Assembly (NCBI GenBank): GCA_036172245.1
Contig: JAYWIR010000010.1
Location: 496,001-560,000 of the forward strand
From: Raillietiella orientalis
Lineage: Eukaryota
Direction: 5' to 3'
Length of the DNA stretch: 64,000 bases
Below, one piece after another: positions 60,781 to 64,000 of this stretch. The stretch's first letter is position 1. Every line of letters begins with the position of its first letter. The notes beneath the pieces were generated by a model. The model saw nothing but the letters and a program-made list of their open reading frames with translations. It was not told where the DNA came from and did no database searches. The position numbers and the translations under genes were made by a program.

Positions 60781-62945
60781 TTCTTTTATTCCTTTCCCTC
60801 CTGCTTTTTCGGTACTCTCCGGGGGAGAGTACCTTTCATTGGGAAACGGGGAGAAATGCGAGAGGGGGGAACACGCTGCACTGGAACTGTGAAAGTGTTG
60901 TGCTCGTTCACGTTTGTGCATCCCAAACACACACACACACACAGTATTTGGGGGGGAGGAAAAAAAAAAAAAAGCGAAAAAAAGACGCCAACTTCGTAGC
61001 AATCGCGTGCCGCGTTTCCCGGGCAACCCCGCGACTCTCTCTCCGAGCTGGGGAAACCCGCGACATAACCGCTGGTCGCCGTCCTGCTTGCACGTCCTCG
61101 CTTTTTAAGGGGAGAGGGTGATCGAGTGAAGTTTCCTTTGGGGTAAGGGGGAGGGGGGGGGGGGCTTTACTTTCGAGCAAAGCGTTCCCGAGCTTCGCCT
61201 TTTCCCCGAGCGAACCTGCGGCGGCCAGGAGATCCTCTCACTTCCTGGGCTTCGGGATGACGTGACGTCGGTCGAACAGGAAGCGTACGATACACAGGGA
61301 AAGCCTCGGAGGTGGAGAGCGGGGAGAGGAGGGAAGGGAAGGCGCCTCTCCCGCCGAAGGGATTATCGGATGCCGCCGCTTCTTCCCTTATTGATTCAGT
61401 GGCAGCGACAACGATGCAACGTCAACAAACGTGATTCTCCGTTAAGAGGAAGCGTACGGACACAACCTGATTGGTACACGGGGGATCGAGAGACCCGAAA
61501 ACGACGGGAGAGCATCAAGGGAGAAGAGGGGGAGGGAGGGAGGGTTCCTTTCCTCCCCCCCCGTCTCCCTCCCTCTCTCTCCCCGCGTAGCCCGTTCCTA
61601 GAAGGACGGAAAGCGATTGATTTTCTCCCCCTCCTCCTCGCTGATTCGCTCCTCCGCGCCTCCTCGCGTGCGGAACGCGCGTGCGCGGAGAAGCGGGAGA
61701 GAGGGGGAGCGCGCGCGAGAGGGAGGCATTGGGGGAATGCTCGGCGGTGTACCCTCGGAGTATATCGGGGCTGCAGATCGCGGCCCTGCGCGCGCGCTTC
61801 CACCGTGGGGTACCCCCCGTGCTCGCTCGAAGCCTTTCGATTCGATCGCCGCCGCCGCCGCCGCCACCGCCGGTGTCGCTGCTGTCGCCGCCGCCGCCGC
61901 CGCCGCCGCGGTCCGCAGGGGCGCGCTGCGCGCAACGGGCAGGCGCAGACTGGCCGGCCCCGCCGGTTCGCCCCAGGATTCCGGGAGGCTGGCGGCGACG
62001 GACGGGAGAGGTGGATCAACGCCAGACGCGTTCGCTCCGGCACAATCGATACGAGGAGTTTATTATCCCGGCGAACTCTTTCCCTCTGCCCCGTGTGTCC
62101 CCTTCTGCGCCCCATGCCCTTCCGCGGCGCGCGGGCGGCCTTCGAGGCTTCCCACGTGAGAACGATGCTCCCGAACACCCCTCCGGAGGGGGGGAAGGAA
62201 CAAACACACAAAAAAAGAGGGGTGCGGGGGAAAGCGATCTGACATCCGTTGACGGAGACAATCCCGGCGAACGGACGGCGATACCCCCGGATGGAAAACG
62301 TGCTCCAGGAAAGGAGAGCGGGGAGCCTCCTCCTCCGGCGGTGGCCGTTCACTCCCCCCCACCCCTCCCTCCTCCTTTCGACGCCGTGCCAGCGCGGGTC
62401 GTTTCGGGAGGAGCGGGGAGAAGACAAAAAAAAAAAAAAATCGCGCGCCCTGCACGTCGCTGGACGGCCCCTTCCCTGCTCCCTGTGACCCCCCGAGGGG
62501 TTTCAGGGAGGCGTCGGGCGAGCAGTCGCCTTCCTGCGACGACGGGAGCGTCGCTGCCTCCGCCGGTGCTGTGCCGAGCGCGCAGCCCTCGCAGACGCCC
62601 CGGAGGGAAGCGCGAGCGAGGGGTGGGGGTGGGGGAGCTTCCCTTCCCTTCCTTCCGCCCGCGAGGAGGCGCGTCGCTGCTCCTTCTCGCGGCGCGCGCC
62701 GACGGGGACTTTCAGCGCCGCCAACCGATCGCGCAGGCCGCGGCGGCGGGCGATGCTCCTCCTCCTCCGCGCTCTCCCCTCGGGGAGAGCGCGGAGGAGG
62801 CGCGCGTGCCCGTCCGGGAGGTGGCGGTCAGCTCTCTCGGACGCGGCGGCGGCGAGCGCCGAGTGACGCAATCCCCGTGCGGTAGCATCCCGGCGAAATA
62901 CCAACCGCCGCCGCGTCCGACACGCGATCGCTGCGCTCTCGCTCG

Positions 62946-62991
62946 CTCGCTCGCTCGCTCGCTCGCGCGCGCGAGCGAGCGAGCGAGCGAG
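62946..62991. repeat. 46-bp perfect palindrome built from (GCTC)n-(GC)4-(GAGC)n
   Basis: Self-complementary about the 62968/62969 axis, with no spacer. Confidence 0.9.
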
Positions 62992-63432
62992 AGGGTCCCG
63001 GCGCGCGCGCTCCTATCTGGTTTCCTACGAGCGCAAATATTCTTAGCATGCATTAAATTGGCTGCCAAGGAAAACCCCATGCCGGGATTGCGGCGGGGAC
63101 CGAACGCGAGAAGAAAGTTTCCCCCCCCTTTCCCCCCTTCTCTTTTCGCTGCGCGCCTCTCCTCCGCCCCCCCTCCCCCCTTTTCCTTCGCCTCGTCTGG
63201 AATCATCTGGAAATTTCATTTTAAGAAACACCGCTCTTCGAATTCCTCCGTCTCGGCAGCGGAGATCCCCAGAAACTGTTTATTTACGTAGCAACCGAGC
63301 GCGAGGCGCAGACGCGCGCGCGCGCCCCCGTGGAAGATGGGCGGGGGAGGAGGGGCGGGCCGGGGCGAGCGCGCGGCCTGCCCGCGGTCGGCCCGGACAG
63401 GGCGCGCGCGGTCGCTTCCTCGTGCCGGCGCG

Positions 63433-63470
<38 letters not shown>

Positions 63471-64000
63471 CTTGGTTACGGCGGCGGCGGCGCGTCTTCC
63501 TCCCTCCCCCCCCCCCCCTCGCTGCCTCCCTCGGGAGGCGGTAGCCGTCCCGCCGCCGCAACGAAGGCGCGCGCGCGCCCCGTGGGGGTCGGGCCGCTCC
63601 GGACCCACTCCGGAGGCCGTCGGGCCGGCGCGATGCCTGCTGGCAGGGGAGAAAAAAAAAAAAATCGTCCGCGCGATCAGATAAATGAGCGCGATTTCCA
63701 TTTTTAGCCCGCAGAGATCAATCTCGAAATTCTGGAAAAAATGTAGCAGATTTCCGGCCGCTAATTCGCGACGCGCGTAACCATCGCAACGGCAGCCTTT
63801 ATTTTTAGGCGTTTCTGTTGCCGCGCGCGCGGGCGAAATGCTGCTCGTCCCCGGCGAGTGTGCGCGCGATGGGTTCCGGGCTCGGGAGAAAAGGGAGGAG
63901 GAGGAAAGGGGGGCGTTGGTCGCGGGAGCCGCGGGCTCTGCAGCCACGGCGTGGCAGCCGCTCCGGCGGGGGAGGGCGCAGGCGTGACCGTGGGGACCCG

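Noticed and set aside
1..64000. CRISPR arrays, operons or other prokaryotic systems
   Set aside because: The sequence has a eukaryotic repeat landscape; I saw no regular repeat-spacer array and no gene-dense coding structure.

Overview
This is GC-rich (roughly 60-65% by eye), CpG-undepleted eukaryotic nuclear DNA, most likely from an arthropod or other protostome: it carries a U2 snRNA fragment and a mitochondrial insert that reads through only in an invertebrate mitochondrial code. I found no intact protein-coding gene. Almost all supplied ORFs look like by-products of high GC and low complexity. The window is a graveyard of heavily decayed non-LTR retrotransposons (endonuclease, RT, RNase H and zinc-finger remnants), with tRNA-derived SINE heads, long polypurine/polypyrimidine tracts and microsatellites. 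From about 35 kb onward it has AT-richer islands that look like enhancers or promoters. The best-supported points of interest are: (1) a young ~335-bp NUMT at 45151-45485 recording a non-standard nad2-trnQ-trnC order, with an apparently armless 45-nt tRNA-Cys; (2) a recent rearrangement complex made of an 824-bp near-perfect inverted duplication (26010-26833 / 29722-30545) overlapping a 415-bp identical direct repeat (15718-16132 / 30419-30833) whose flanks are weakly similar, suggesting gene conversion; (3) three diverged 3' ends of an L1/Tx1-like LINE family sharing 3'-UTR stems; (4) a 3'-truncated U2 snRNA copy. All calls were made by eye, without searches.
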